DNA of 64,000 bases from a virus. The stretch spans positions 32,001 through 96,000 of the IMG/VR virus record IMGVR_UViG_3300042314_001189. One strand, written 5' to 3'. The notes below the pieces were generated by a model that made no database searches, was not told where the DNA came from, and was given only the letters and a program-made list of their open reading frames with translations. Both the position numbers and the translations under genes were made by a program. Positions 21,230 through 31,605 of this stretch are shown here, in pieces; within the stretch, counting starts at the first letter, position 1; every line of letters begins with the position of its first letter.

Positions 21230-22153
21230 ATGGCAACAGGAACATACGGAATAGTAAGACCAGCAGATATTTCCCCAGATGATGTGGAGATTTTTTATCA
21301 TTTTACACCATCTAGAGATAAAGCTGGTGATGCTGGACTAACAAAATTAGACCCAAATATAGTTTTAAAGAAAATCGATAACCCTAACAAAGTTCAATCG
21401 AATGTAACTGGATTTGAAGTTTTTGGTGGGATGTATACACTTACATTACCAGTTGCCAATTTTAGTACAAAAGGTTTTTATACAATTATTATAAAACCAG
21501 TTGAAATTAGAACCAAAATAGTTGATGTTGGTGTGTTATCATCATATCCAGATATCAAAGGTTTATTGTTTGATATAGCTAGCGTTCCTACAAATTTTTC
21601 AAATAGATTTGAAAACAACGGATTGGTTGGTTATAGAATTGAATATTTGGACACAACAACATCTAGACCAGACGCAAAAGTTAATAACTTTTTCAGAGTC
21701 ATCACATCAAATAACAGAGCTGAGCCAGTAAACCAAAATTTAACGAACACAAATCAAAAAGCTATCAGATATAGGTTCAACGATAATTCAAGTTTAACTT
21801 TTTGTACTGTTTCACCAGCATCTGCACCAAATGTCAAACCAAATGCGTTGCCGTTTATCGGACAACCTAACCAAGAAATAATTATCACAAATACTTTCTT
21901 CAACCCTATAATGATAGAAGTTGAAATGGTTGAACATGATGTTGAAACACTTGCATTTGCAATCTTTGGTAATCAGACTAAGAGTCTTGAAGATGGTATT
22001 TACACAATATACAACTTTAATAATGATATTTATAAACAATACAATTTATACGAAATAAAAGACCAGTTTACTGGTAAATCATTGTTTGAGGTTAGAGAAC
22101 AAAGAACAGCGATTGATTTTAGTAAAACTTTTAATAATATAACAACAATCTAA
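21230..22153 (+). CDS. Putative virion structural protein (307 aa)
   Basis: In the tail cluster, beta-rich composition. Confidence 0.65.
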   Translation: MATGTYGIVRPADISPDDVEIFYHFTPSRDKAGDAGLTKLDPNIVLKKIDNPNKVQSNVTGFEVFGGMYTLTLPVANFSTKGFYTIIIKPVEIRTKIVDVGVLSSYPDIKGLLFDIASVPTNFSNRFENNGLVGYRIEYLDTTTSRPDAKVNNFFRVITSNNRAEPVNQNLTNTNQKAIRYRFNDNSSLTFCTVSPASAPNVKPNALPFIGQPNQEIIITNTFFNPIMIEVEMVEHDVETLAFAIFGNQTKSLEDGIYTIYNFNNDIYKQYNLYEIKDQFTGKSLFEVREQRTAIDFSKTFNNITTI

Positions 22154-22160
22154 TTTTTAA

Positions 22161-24893
22161 ATGGCAAAAAAGATAAAAGTAGCTGGGTATTCACAGAAAA
22201 TTTCATACGATGGAAACATTGAATACAGAGATTTTAGTCCAGATTTAGTAGGGTTACAACTGGCAAGTGATGGTGGTACCCCATTGTTTACAATGGGTAA
22301 TTTTGCTATTACGACCAACTTAGACCCAAAATTAGATAAAAATTATATTACTGGTAAATTTTCTGATTTTTTCACACTAGATAAATTAGACTTAACAGTT
22401 GAGCAATCAGTAAAACTTTTAGAAAATAACGCAAGTGTGTTTTTAAATTTAGATGAATCTAAATTAAAAAACTATGCGTTATTTGGTTCTATGGTTGAAT
22501 ACTTTAGGGTTACGCTAGAAGAAATAATATCTAAATGGCCAGCCGCTTTATATATTACACCTACAACTTTTTTTGATAATCAGTTTATTAACGGTTTTAC
22601 ATTTGAAGATTACACTTACGATTTTATAACCAATGAATCTAGTTTTAAGTTAAACACTACGTTCATCAACAATAAATTTAAGATAAATTATTTAGCCAAC
22701 GGAACGATTTCAGATTCCTTCAATCAAGAAAATGATTTAAGGAATTTAACGGTAAACTATAAATCATACGCTATCTTGGTAAATAGCACAGAATATGACC
22801 TTATTGGTTTCACTGGTTCTACATATGAACAAGCTGATTATGTTTATTTTAAAGTAAAAGGTGATGTTTTTTCTGGTGCAACAACTGGAGCTTACTTATA
22901 CTACCATATTAAACCTAACAAAACTATTGAAAATACATTTTTCAATAGTTTAAATGGATTACATGAATATTTGTTGAATAGGTACACACTACCATTATAC
23001 ACAGCTACATTTAACTTCCCAGTTAGAACACAAAGCGGTATTTTATTGTATTCATCCAAATCTGTTAAATGGCCAGTAACTGACGGTTATAATATAGATT
23101 TTGACACTACAGAATATATAAATTACGCAACAGAACTATTCGATTTATCAACAAACTATGATTTAAACGAAACAGATTTGATGACTAGATTTTTGGTTTC
23201 TGAGTCGATATCAGCTTTTGATACAACACCAGTACGTTTGGCTGAAGTTCATCAAGACACAACAACTGGTCAAAAAGTTAATAAAACACTTAAAATATAT
23301 GGTAGGTCTTTTGATGATATAAATCAGTTTATACAAGGTATTTCTTTTGCACATGTCGTAACATACAATAGACAAGACAACGTTCCAGATGCATATTTAA
23401 AAGATTTGGCAAGAGTTTTAGGTTGGGACTTGGTTTCTTCTGTTATTGAGAATAATCTTTTGGCTAATTATGTTGAAACTGATAGTTCAAATTACGCTGG
23501 TCAACCAGTTGGTTTAACAGCAGCACAAGCAGATATTGAACTATGGAGAAGAATAATTTTGAACTCACCATGGATTTGGAAATCTAAAGGTGCTAGAAAA
23601 TCAATAGAGTTCCTTTTAAACTTTATTGGAACACCAATGGGGTTGGTTACTTTTAATGAATACATCTATAGAGCCAAAGCACCTATAGATATTGATTTAT
23701 TTTTAGATGTGTTAGACTTAAATAGTCTAGATGCTGATTTATCATTATACGCTGTTGACAATGATGGTTACCCAAAAACATTACCAGAAACTCCAGATAT
23801 GTATTTCCAAAACTATGGTCTTTGGTATAGAGAAACTGGTGGTACTGGTGCAACAATAGATATAACTAGTGGTAACAACCCACACGTTGGACCTTACGAT
23901 GGGGGTTCTAAATATATAAATCAATTTAGAACACTTATACCTAATTTCACACCAGTAACTGTAACAGCGTCAACAGCTGTTACATCTGAAAGAAACTTAT
24001 TCTTGAATTATTCGCTAGGTGAAATAACAAACTATACTGGTGATACATATGTTGAAGTTGTTAATGAAGATGGTTCTGATTTAGGTGATTGTATTGTTTA
24101 CGAGACAGAAATAATCAAAGACCCAATGCCAGAGGATATTTTAACACCATGTGGGTGCCCATGTGAAGGTGAAGATGAGTCTTTGAGTATTTGTGTTAAA
24201 AAAACAGACCCAAAACCAGTAAAACCATGTGAAACATTGGCAAACCCACCAAAAAACGATACAACTTTGGGTTTATATGTGTTTAATGTTAATAAATACG
24301 ATATCAACGGTAATCTAATCAATGGTATCACTAATAAAACTGCTTTTATTGATAAAGAATGTTGTAGTTATTTAGGTGGAAAATCTACATATGCCGATTC
24401 AATTTATCAAGGTGCAATACCTTCAAATCCAAAATTAGTAACTAGTGGTTTTGTTTGTTGTACAACAGAAAGATGTGGTTGTAACGTTACTTGTAATTGG
24501 GTCATAACTAAAGACCCAATATATTTACCACAAGGCTCACCAACAGCTACACCTTACTTAAACTTTGTAACCCTATATGGTTCTGGTATAAATAAGGTTG
24601 TTGTTTCAGATGCATCGGCTTGTCCACAAAAAACGGTTGCGGTTCCAAATATAACAGACCCTTATACTGGTGAAGTTGGTATTGGTTGTAAGTTAACACA
24701 AGAATTGATAGATGACTCAAATTCATATGATGAATTATACAACTATTATCAATTTAAAGCAAATAATTTCAACGGGGTCGAGATAGTTGTTGGTGATTTT
24801 AAAATTGGTTGTTGTGAATTAACATTTGAGACATATTTGAAGTATGCTGAAGCAATTGGGTTAACACAATCTGGCCCAACAGCTTTAGCATAA
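22161..24893 (+). CDS. Baseplate protein with P2 gpI-like domain and Cys-rich C-terminus
   Basis: VPDAYLKDLARVLGW..RRIILNSPWIWKSKGARKSIEFLLNFIG resembles the gpI/tail-formation motif. Confidence 0.65.
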   Translation: MAKKIKVAGYSQKISYDGNIEYRDFSPDLVGLQLASDGGTPLFTMGNFAITTNLDPKLDKNYITGKFSDFFTLDKLDLTVEQSVKLLENNASVFLNLDESKLKNYALFGSMVEYFRVTLEEIISKWPAALYITPTTFFDNQFINGFTFEDYTYDFITNESSFKLNTTFINNKFKINYLANGTISDSFNQENDLRNLTVNYKSYAILVNSTEYDLIGFTGSTYEQADYVYFKVKGDVFSGATTGAYLYYHIKPNKTIENTFFNSLNGLHEYLLNRYTLPLYTATFNFPVRTQSGILLYSSKSVKWPVTDGYNIDFDTTEYINYATELFDLSTNYDLNETDLMTRFLVSESISAFDTTPVRLAEVHQDTTTGQKVNKTLKIYGRSFDDINQFIQGISFAHVVTYNRQDNVPDAYLKDLARVLGWDLVSSVIENNLLANYVETDSSNYAGQPVGLTAAQADIELWRRIILNSPWIWKSKGARKSIEFLLNFIGTPMGLVTFNEYIYRAKAPIDIDLFLDVLDLNSLDADLSLYAVDNDGYPKTLPETPDMYFQNYGLWYRETGGTGATIDITSGNNPHVGPYDGGSKYINQFRTLIPNFTPVTVTASTAVTSERNLFLNYSLGEITNYTGDTYVEVVNEDGSDLGDCIVYETEIIKDPMPEDILTPCGCPCEGEDESLSICVKKTDPKPVKPCETLANPPKNDTTLGLYVFNVNKYDINGNLINGITNKTAFIDKECCSYLGGKSTYADSIYQGAIPSNPKLVTSGFVCCTTERCGCNVTCNWVITKDPIYLPQGSPTATPYLNFVTLYGSGINKVVVSDASACPQKTVAVPNITDPYTGEVGIGCKLTQELIDDSNSYDELYNYYQFKANNFNGVEIVVGDFKIGCCELTFETYLKYAEAIGLTQSGPTALA

Positions 24894-24945
24894 ACAACTA
24901 CATATAAAGTAATAAAATAGAAAATAATAATATAAAAATAAAAAA

Positions 24946-27678
24946 ATGGCAGATTCTAAGACTACAACATTTGGTGATGAAATATGTACAGTATTGTTAA
25001 GAAATATTGCTAATTCAATCAAAAAAGATGACGCAACTAATAGTTCTGCGTATTACCAACAATATGGTACACTAAATGGTTATACACCGTCACAACAAAC
25101 TGTGGTGTTAAATCAAAATGGTGATATCAACGTTTTTTTGGTATACAACGGACAAAACCAACCTATAGAATTGGGTAGTTATTGTTGTAAAACAATGATT
25201 CCAAAACTAATAACATCAGCTAGCCAATACTTTCCAAATGTAACTAGTGGTGATATATATTGGGATGATAACACACAAAAATGTAGATGGAAAACTTCAT
25301 CTAACGGTAACGATTGCGTTATAGATACCTTTAAAATAGTCTTAAACCCAGTTGGTAATGATGGAAGCCTTTTCAATACTGAAAGTGGTGAAAAAGAATG
25401 TAGTTTGACTGTTGATTTTAATTATCTTTTTAAATTAGAATGTGAAAATCTTGCTGATATATTAAACCCAACGATACCAGTAAATGTTGACCAACAAACA
25501 CTGGATGAAATAAAAAAATTAGAAGCGGAACTTTCAAATTTAGAAGCGGAGTGTGAATCAATAACGAGCAAACTTGAATTAACTATTTCAGAATATGAGA
25601 AAAGTTATTATTCAATGGTTTGTGATAATGTTTCTGTTGAAGATTTTTTAAAATACGCAGAAGCGGTTGGTTACGAAGGAAAAGCTGAACCAGTAAGACA
25701 AATTGTGTCTACAAAGAGTATTGCCACAGCAAAAACTGCGTTTGGAAAGACTGGTTTTGGCGGTACACCATTCGCTTTTCCAGCTTTAAGTAATAGCTCA
25801 ATTATAATAAACGCAAATACTAGTGTAACAATTTGTATTAACGAAGAAAACGGTGGGTTAACTGTGTTACAGAACTTACTAGGTTTAGATAAATACCAAA
25901 GGTTTTTAGACGGTGACCCAACATCTTATACGTGTTCTAACGTAATAGAAATGGTTGTTTTAAGTTACGAATCTATTCAAAATGGTGATTTAGAATTGGT
26001 GTTTGAATGTACAACACCTTTTGGTTTTAAAACACGATTAAAAAAAGAGATTGAAATTTTAACCAAATTATCAAAAGAATGTGATGATAAAGTAACCGCA
26101 TTAGAAACACAAATAAATACATTAAAAAGCGATAATGAGTTAAACACCGCTATTTGTTCTACACCATCTCAAGTATTAGAAACGCTTGATGTATCTATGA
26201 CCATTGATGTTATAGAATCAAATGGTACTTTAAGTACAGTATATGAATTTAATTTATTCCCTTCTATTGGTAGTGGTAACTTGTACACATACTTAAAAAA
26301 TCACCCAACAGATAGTGGTTTTTATATTTGTGGTGAACCTAAACAAACAGAAACATTTGCTAGTGGTTGTACAGTAATTAAATACCAAAAAACTGAGCTA
26401 AGCGGCTCAATCGAACCAGTTCTTAGCAATTGTGCACCACAAGACCCAAGCGATTTTTACTGTAACGTTCAATCTTGTATGCCAGTTAAAGATAATATAT
26501 TGGAATCGTTGTTCACCCAATCTAGTTTTACAAATAGTGTGGATGATTTAAAATCTTTTAGAGATTCTTTATCTCAAACTATTTTAGCTTCTAAATGGTT
26601 AAATTACACAACTGAAATAACAGACCCAGATATTATATCAAAAATAGAAGATAAAAAAATAACTTTATCGATAAAAATAAACAACACATGTTCAAATATA
26701 TGTGTTTTAGTTGATAATTTAAAATTAAATAAGATTTGTATTGACGGTGAAGCAAAAACTATTAAGGTTGATAAATCACCTGGTTTTGAATTGGAAAGAA
26801 TTATTGATAATAAAAAATCATGGATTAAAAATACAACACCAGTTAGTAGAACTTTTGACATAAAAAATAATCTAGGTGACAATAGAATTAGACAAACAGA
26901 GTACAACGTAAATGACGAAAGATTAGTCATAAACACAAAAGAAATTGATTTAGATATCAATTTGGCTAGTGCTGTTGAACACGATGTTTGGTGCTATGTT
27001 GTTGACAATCCATGTTTATTGACTGGGGTAACATGTGAAGATGTATTCACAATAGACTCACCATGTTGCCAAACTGGAACAACGTGTGGGGATAATCAAA
27101 TTGATTTTGATTATTTGTTAACTAGTTCGTTATCAACTGTTGATACTGTTGAAGAATTTGAAAATTTAATTTTATCTGAATTGATAGACGCTAAAGATAG
27201 AAAAACATTATCTGGATATCCAACTCTTAGAGCATTATATGATAGGTATTTGAATAGTACAAAATATTGTGGAACCGAAAGTTCAAAATACACATACGCA
27301 ACAATGGAACAATTTGCTGCTTTGGTTGGTGATTATTGGACAGACATTATTGAACAAGTTGTACCAGCAACAACAATATGGGGTAGTGTAAAAATTTATA
27401 GCAACACAATATTTGACCAACAAAAGTTTAAATACAAAAATGGTAGTTTGTTTATATGTGATGATTATGCTGCTGAAAGTATTGCTTTTGATTTAACCGT
27501 TGGCGTTGATAAAACAACAATAAGTAGTGGGGGTACATTACAACCAAACACAAAGGTTCAGAAATGTACTGGTGTTTATTTAAAACAAATAAATGCTTCT
27601 TCAGAATTTATTGGAACAGTAACAATTACTGAAGGTTCTGTAAAATCAGATAGTGATGGTGAAATTAGATTGAAGTAA
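24946..27678 (+). CDS. Cys-rich putative virion protein with coiled coils (910 aa)
   Basis: In the tail cluster; two heptad segments; IIEQVVPATTIW near the C-terminus. Confidence 0.6.
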   Translation: MADSKTTTFGDEICTVLLRNIANSIKKDDATNSSAYYQQYGTLNGYTPSQQTVVLNQNGDINVFLVYNGQNQPIELGSYCCKTMIPKLITSASQYFPNVTSGDIYWDDNTQKCRWKTSSNGNDCVIDTFKIVLNPVGNDGSLFNTESGEKECSLTVDFNYLFKLECENLADILNPTIPVNVDQQTLDEIKKLEAELSNLEAECESITSKLELTISEYEKSYYSMVCDNVSVEDFLKYAEAVGYEGKAEPVRQIVSTKSIATAKTAFGKTGFGGTPFAFPALSNSSIIINANTSVTICINEENGGLTVLQNLLGLDKYQRFLDGDPTSYTCSNVIEMVVLSYESIQNGDLELVFECTTPFGFKTRLKKEIEILTKLSKECDDKVTALETQINTLKSDNELNTAICSTPSQVLETLDVSMTIDVIESNGTLSTVYEFNLFPSIGSGNLYTYLKNHPTDSGFYICGEPKQTETFASGCTVIKYQKTELSGSIEPVLSNCAPQDPSDFYCNVQSCMPVKDNILESLFTQSSFTNSVDDLKSFRDSLSQTILASKWLNYTTEITDPDIISKIEDKKITLSIKINNTCSNICVLVDNLKLNKICIDGEAKTIKVDKSPGFELERIIDNKKSWIKNTTPVSRTFDIKNNLGDNRIRQTEYNVNDERLVINTKEIDLDINLASAVEHDVWCYVVDNPCLLTGVTCEDVFTIDSPCCQTGTTCGDNQIDFDYLLTSSLSTVDTVEEFENLILSELIDAKDRKTLSGYPTLRALYDRYLNSTKYCGTESSKYTYATMEQFAALVGDYWTDIIEQVVPATTIWGSVKIYSNTIFDQQKFKYKNGSLFICDDYAAESIAFDLTVGVDKTTISSGGTLQPNTKVQKCTGVYLKQINASSEFIGTVTITEGSVKSDSDGEIRLK

Positions 27679-27703
27679 TTAAAAGAGAAATATATTTATA
27701 GAT

Positions 27704-27946
27704 ATGCCACAATTATTAAAAAAAGTAGAAGGAGAAATATTGACACATGTAATAGGTGATGTTCGATTCGTCACTAGTGTTTCTGGTCAAATACAACAAG
27801 AAGATTTCATTAATCTTAATGGGTTTGTCGCATATCTTCAAAATTTATCCAGAACAGAATTTACCGCTGCTTTACTTAAACCAATGGAGTTTGGTTTAAA
27901 AAATGAAAATAACATTGAAACAATAACGTTAGATATAAGCTACTAA
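27704..27946 (+). CDS. Hypothetical protein (80 aa)
   Basis: TATTTATA at 27693; TAATG coupling to the next gene. Confidence 0.65.
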   Translation: MPQLLKKVEGEILTHVIGDVRFVTSVSGQIQQEDFINLNGFVAYLQNLSRTEFTAALLKPMEFGLKNENNIETITLDISY

Positions 27947-29376
27947 TGAGATACCAAGATAGAATATACATACAAAACCAGAATTCAGCCGTTAGGAATA
28001 GAACATATACCAACGTAAATATGAGTTCTGATTTTTGTGTTTTTAACAGCCCATTATTTAACGTTAGTGGTGCGACTAAAATAGATTGTACTGGTACAAC
28101 AACTGGTGGGACATACGTTATATCTGCATCCACACAAACAATTCCGTTAACTTTTCAATTCACGGCAAACACTAGTTCATTTGTAGATACAAACGCAAAC
28201 TTTAACTTTCAAATATACAAGTATGACCAAAGTTTAAATGGGTTTGCCACGATACCAGTTTATAAGTCTGAAATATTAAGTTATTCAGCATTTAGTGCTA
28301 CAAACGAAACAACACAATATGTTCCAACAAGTGGGTTGACAATGGATGGTGACTATCTAATTAAAGGTTATTATCAATTTAGTGCGTGTACAGACTTCAT
28401 GAAAAGATTGGGTAAAGGTATTGATACCGTGAACTATATAAGCGGTTCTGAATATGGTATTTATGATAAAAGTTTGGATTATTACTTTGTTTCAATAAGA
28501 CAAGCAGAAAAACCTACATTTACAAACAACACTAGCAACTCTACATTAACAAACAGACTAATTCAAACAACATTACTACCACCAGCTGGTATAAAGGAAG
28601 TTGTAATTCCTAGTAATGTTCTTGGTGACTTTGTTATGACTTTAAATGGGTTGGTTTTAGCTAATAACCTAGATTATACATTTAGTGGCAGTATTGTAAG
28701 TTTAAGTGGTGAAACATATACTGATGATATAATAACATTTATTTATACGTCAGATGGTGGTAACAATTTAATTGGTGACAATATTGATATATCAGCACCG
28801 ATTATCAGTGGGGTGACAGACGCAGAAGGTTCTAATCTGGTCTACTTCAACACCTCAACACAAAAATACGAAATATACACGTCAGTACCACCATCACAAG
28901 GCAACGTTGTTGTGGTGATGTTAAACGGTATAACATTGGCAAATGGTATAGATTATTACCAATCTATATCAAATAGTAAAAGAATAATATTAGAAGGTTC
29001 GTTACTTGTTGGAGATATTATAACTATGGTTTATTTCCCAGCGATAAATACAGTAAATGGGTTAAATACTAGCACACCAGTTGTTACATGGACAGTAACA
29101 ACACCGCCAGACAAGGTTAATGGTTTCTTTTCACTAGAAGTTAGTACTGGTAATACATTTACAAGCTTCTATTATAGTGGTAAAACAGACTATTTTGTCG
29201 GTTCGACATATTATGCTGATAATTTTACAGCTAGTGGTACTGTTGGTACAAAATTATATTATAGAGTAAAAAATGAAAAGAATTATGAGACATTATGTGG
29301 TAATTATATCACTACAATAGCATATAGCGAAGTTATTCCTATTGTTATTCAAACTAATTCCATAAATTCGTACTAA
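27946..29376 (+). CDS. Putative tail/baseplate protein with internal duplicated beta domain
   Basis: VMTLNGLVLANNLDY and VVMLNGITLANGIDY internal repeat. Confidence 0.65.
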   Translation: MRYQDRIYIQNQNSAVRNRTYTNVNMSSDFCVFNSPLFNVSGATKIDCTGTTTGGTYVISASTQTIPLTFQFTANTSSFVDTNANFNFQIYKYDQSLNGFATIPVYKSEILSYSAFSATNETTQYVPTSGLTMDGDYLIKGYYQFSACTDFMKRLGKGIDTVNYISGSEYGIYDKSLDYYFVSIRQAEKPTFTNNTSNSTLTNRLIQTTLLPPAGIKEVVIPSNVLGDFVMTLNGLVLANNLDYTFSGSIVSLSGETYTDDIITFIYTSDGGNNLIGDNIDISAPIISGVTDAEGSNLVYFNTSTQKYEIYTSVPPSQGNVVVVMLNGITLANGIDYYQSISNSKRIILEGSLLVGDIITMVYFPAINTVNGLNTSTPVVTWTVTTPPDKVNGFFSLEVSTGNTFTSFYYSGKTDYFVGSTYYADNFTASGTVGTKLYYRVKNEKNYETLCGNYITTIAYSEVIPIVIQTNSINSY

Positions 29377-29432
29377 TATTATTTACTATTGTATATTTAT
29401 AACTAAAATAAAGAAAAAGATATTTATAAAAT

Positions 29433-31604
29433 ATGAGTTACATAATTAAAAGCACAAGTCCGTTTGTCAACATAAAATTGACAGAAAAAGGTAGAGAACA
29501 ATTAGCACAAGGTAAACTTAACTTTTCCTTCTGGGCTATTGGGGATTCTGAAATAAATTACACCAGAGAAGCCATTGTTGATAACGCAACATCAGTTGGC
29601 GACCCAACATTGACAGCTACAACGGTTGTTTTTAAACCGTTTGACAAGCAGCCAAACTTGAAATCATTCATTTATCCTTTAACATCAAACGAAATTTATC
29701 AACCAGTAAACGCTTCAGTTATCAATGTTGTTAAAGCTGTTGTTAATAACGAAGCTCAAGAAAGAGGTTTTTTCAGCGGCACAAGTTATAACACATTAAC
29801 TGGTTTGACATATTGTGCTTATAATGAATATGTTTCTGACACAACACCAGGCGCATCTAGATATGACGGTTCAAACATTATTTCAGTTAGTAGTAGTGCT
29901 TTTACAATTGGAGATTTTGTATTGATTAAAATTGGTGATTATTCAACTGGTGCTTTAACTCAAAACGACAACACAGTAGCTTTGCCAAATCTTTGGTATA
30001 AAATACAAGCGTTGACAGCTGGTACAACATCAATCATAGAATTAGATAGAAATTTACCTAATTTGAACGGTACTTGGACTGGTTATTCTCAGATTTTCAT
30101 CTACAAAGGCGGTGAAGTTTATAACTCTTTTGGTTATGATAACTCTACAGCGTATTGGGATAGTGGAACATTATCTTTTGATTCTTCTAGCAATATCACA
30201 TGTAACGATGTTCCAGTTTGGAATATGAACAATGTTTGGTGTGAGAGTTTGGCTGGTATTACTGGTCTAACAACAACAAATCTGTATGAAGGATATACTA
30301 AGTTTGGTTCATTCCCTTATTTAGGTACTAAAAACCCATACTTAGAATTTGTATGTAAAACAACTGCTGATACCGAAACTTCTTTGGCGTTTAGCTGTAC
30401 TGGTCCAGGTCAAAGTTACCTAGACGATGTATCAAAATCTATCTCTATTTTACATTACACAAACAATACTATCTCTAATCTTTACGGTGAGTTCTTCTAT
30501 ACTGATGCCGCAAACAACAAATATTTATCGTTGTTTATTCCAGATTTAATGTACCACAGAAGAAACGGTAGTACTGGTAGTGGAACAACAATGGGTATGA
30601 GATTTATCGCTACGGGTTCAACATTCACAACTAATCAAGACATCGAATACATTGAATTGATTGAAGACCCAGCAATGGTTGCTTCAGCATCAACTTCTGT
30701 AGCTGTTGGTAGAGTCTACCCACAACTAAAAACAGTTGTATTCTATAATGACGAAATAGTTTCTGCTTTATCATATAAATCTAACAGAAACTGGACATTA
30801 CCAGAACTATCAGCAACATTGGCAGCACCAAGCGGTGGTACATCTACTGGTATTCTAAATACACAACAAACAATGTATTTAACATATGTGTTAGACAACG
30901 TTGGTCAAAGCGGTTATACTTCTTCTTTACCTTGTCAAACATACATTAAAATAACAAACAACACTTCATCAGCTAAAGACGTTTCGTTTAAAATAACTGA
31001 AACAGACATGCTTCCATACATGAGAAAGATTGAAAGTGCTGGTTATGATGGATTAGGTTTTTATGCGTATAACTTTAAATTGTTATATCAAATTGTAACC
31101 GACTCTATGGACCGTCCAGACCCAGGTGCTTGGAAAGAGTATGACTTTACATCAACAGCTATTACAACAAATGCTGGTGAAACAATCGACCCTAAATTGC
31201 TAGAAAACCAAAATCCAGCTATTAATGGGTTTGTTTTAGACGTGTTAAAAGATGTGAGTGCGACAACATTTAATTTAATTTCACTATTAAACTTACCACC
31301 AACAGTTTCACCAGAGAAATTACAATTTGGTGATGAAAGATTCTTCTACGGAAACCTTTCAACATATATTGGTGCAACAATATACAAAACAATCTTCGAC
31401 ATTAGAGTTAATAGTAGTCAATTTAACGCTACAACTAACCCAACTAGAAGTTCAGATACAACAGTAAATCCACCAAACATAAAAATAAGTGAGGTTGGTA
31501 TTTATGACACAGACAAAAACTTAGTCTGCATTGGTAAACTTAGCACACCAGTTGCTTTAACCAATGGGAACACAATAATGCTTGAATTATCAATGGATTT
31601 CTAA
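29433..31604 (+). CDS. Tail-collar/fibre-attachment-like protein (P2 gpH N-terminal-like with large insertion)
   Basis: N-terminal KLTEKGREQLA and C-terminal ISEVGIYDTDKNLVCIGK; TATTTATA at 29394 and 29421. Confidence 0.6.
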   Translation: MSYIIKSTSPFVNIKLTEKGREQLAQGKLNFSFWAIGDSEINYTREAIVDNATSVGDPTLTATTVVFKPFDKQPNLKSFIYPLTSNEIYQPVNASVINVVKAVVNNEAQERGFFSGTSYNTLTGLTYCAYNEYVSDTTPGASRYDGSNIISVSSSAFTIGDFVLIKIGDYSTGALTQNDNTVALPNLWYKIQALTAGTTSIIELDRNLPNLNGTWTGYSQIFIYKGGEVYNSFGYDNSTAYWDSGTLSFDSSSNITCNDVPVWNMNNVWCESLAGITGLTTTNLYEGYTKFGSFPYLGTKNPYLEFVCKTTADTETSLAFSCTGPGQSYLDDVSKSISILHYTNNTISNLYGEFFYTDAANNKYLSLFIPDLMYHRRNGSTGSGTTMGMRFIATGSTFTTNQDIEYIELIEDPAMVASASTSVAVGRVYPQLKTVVFYNDEIVSALSYKSNRNWTLPELSATLAAPSGGTSTGILNTQQTMYLTYVLDNVGQSGYTSSLPCQTYIKITNNTSSAKDVSFKITETDMLPYMRKIESAGYDGLGFYAYNFKLLYQIVTDSMDRPDPGAWKEYDFTSTAITTNAGETIDPKLLENQNPAINGFVLDVLKDVSATTFNLISLLNLPPTVSPEKLQFGDERFFYGNLSTYIGATIYKTIFDIRVNSSQFNATTNPTRSSDTTVNPPNIKISEVGIYDTDKNLVCIGKLSTPVALTNGNTIMLELSMDF

Positions 31605-31605
31605 A

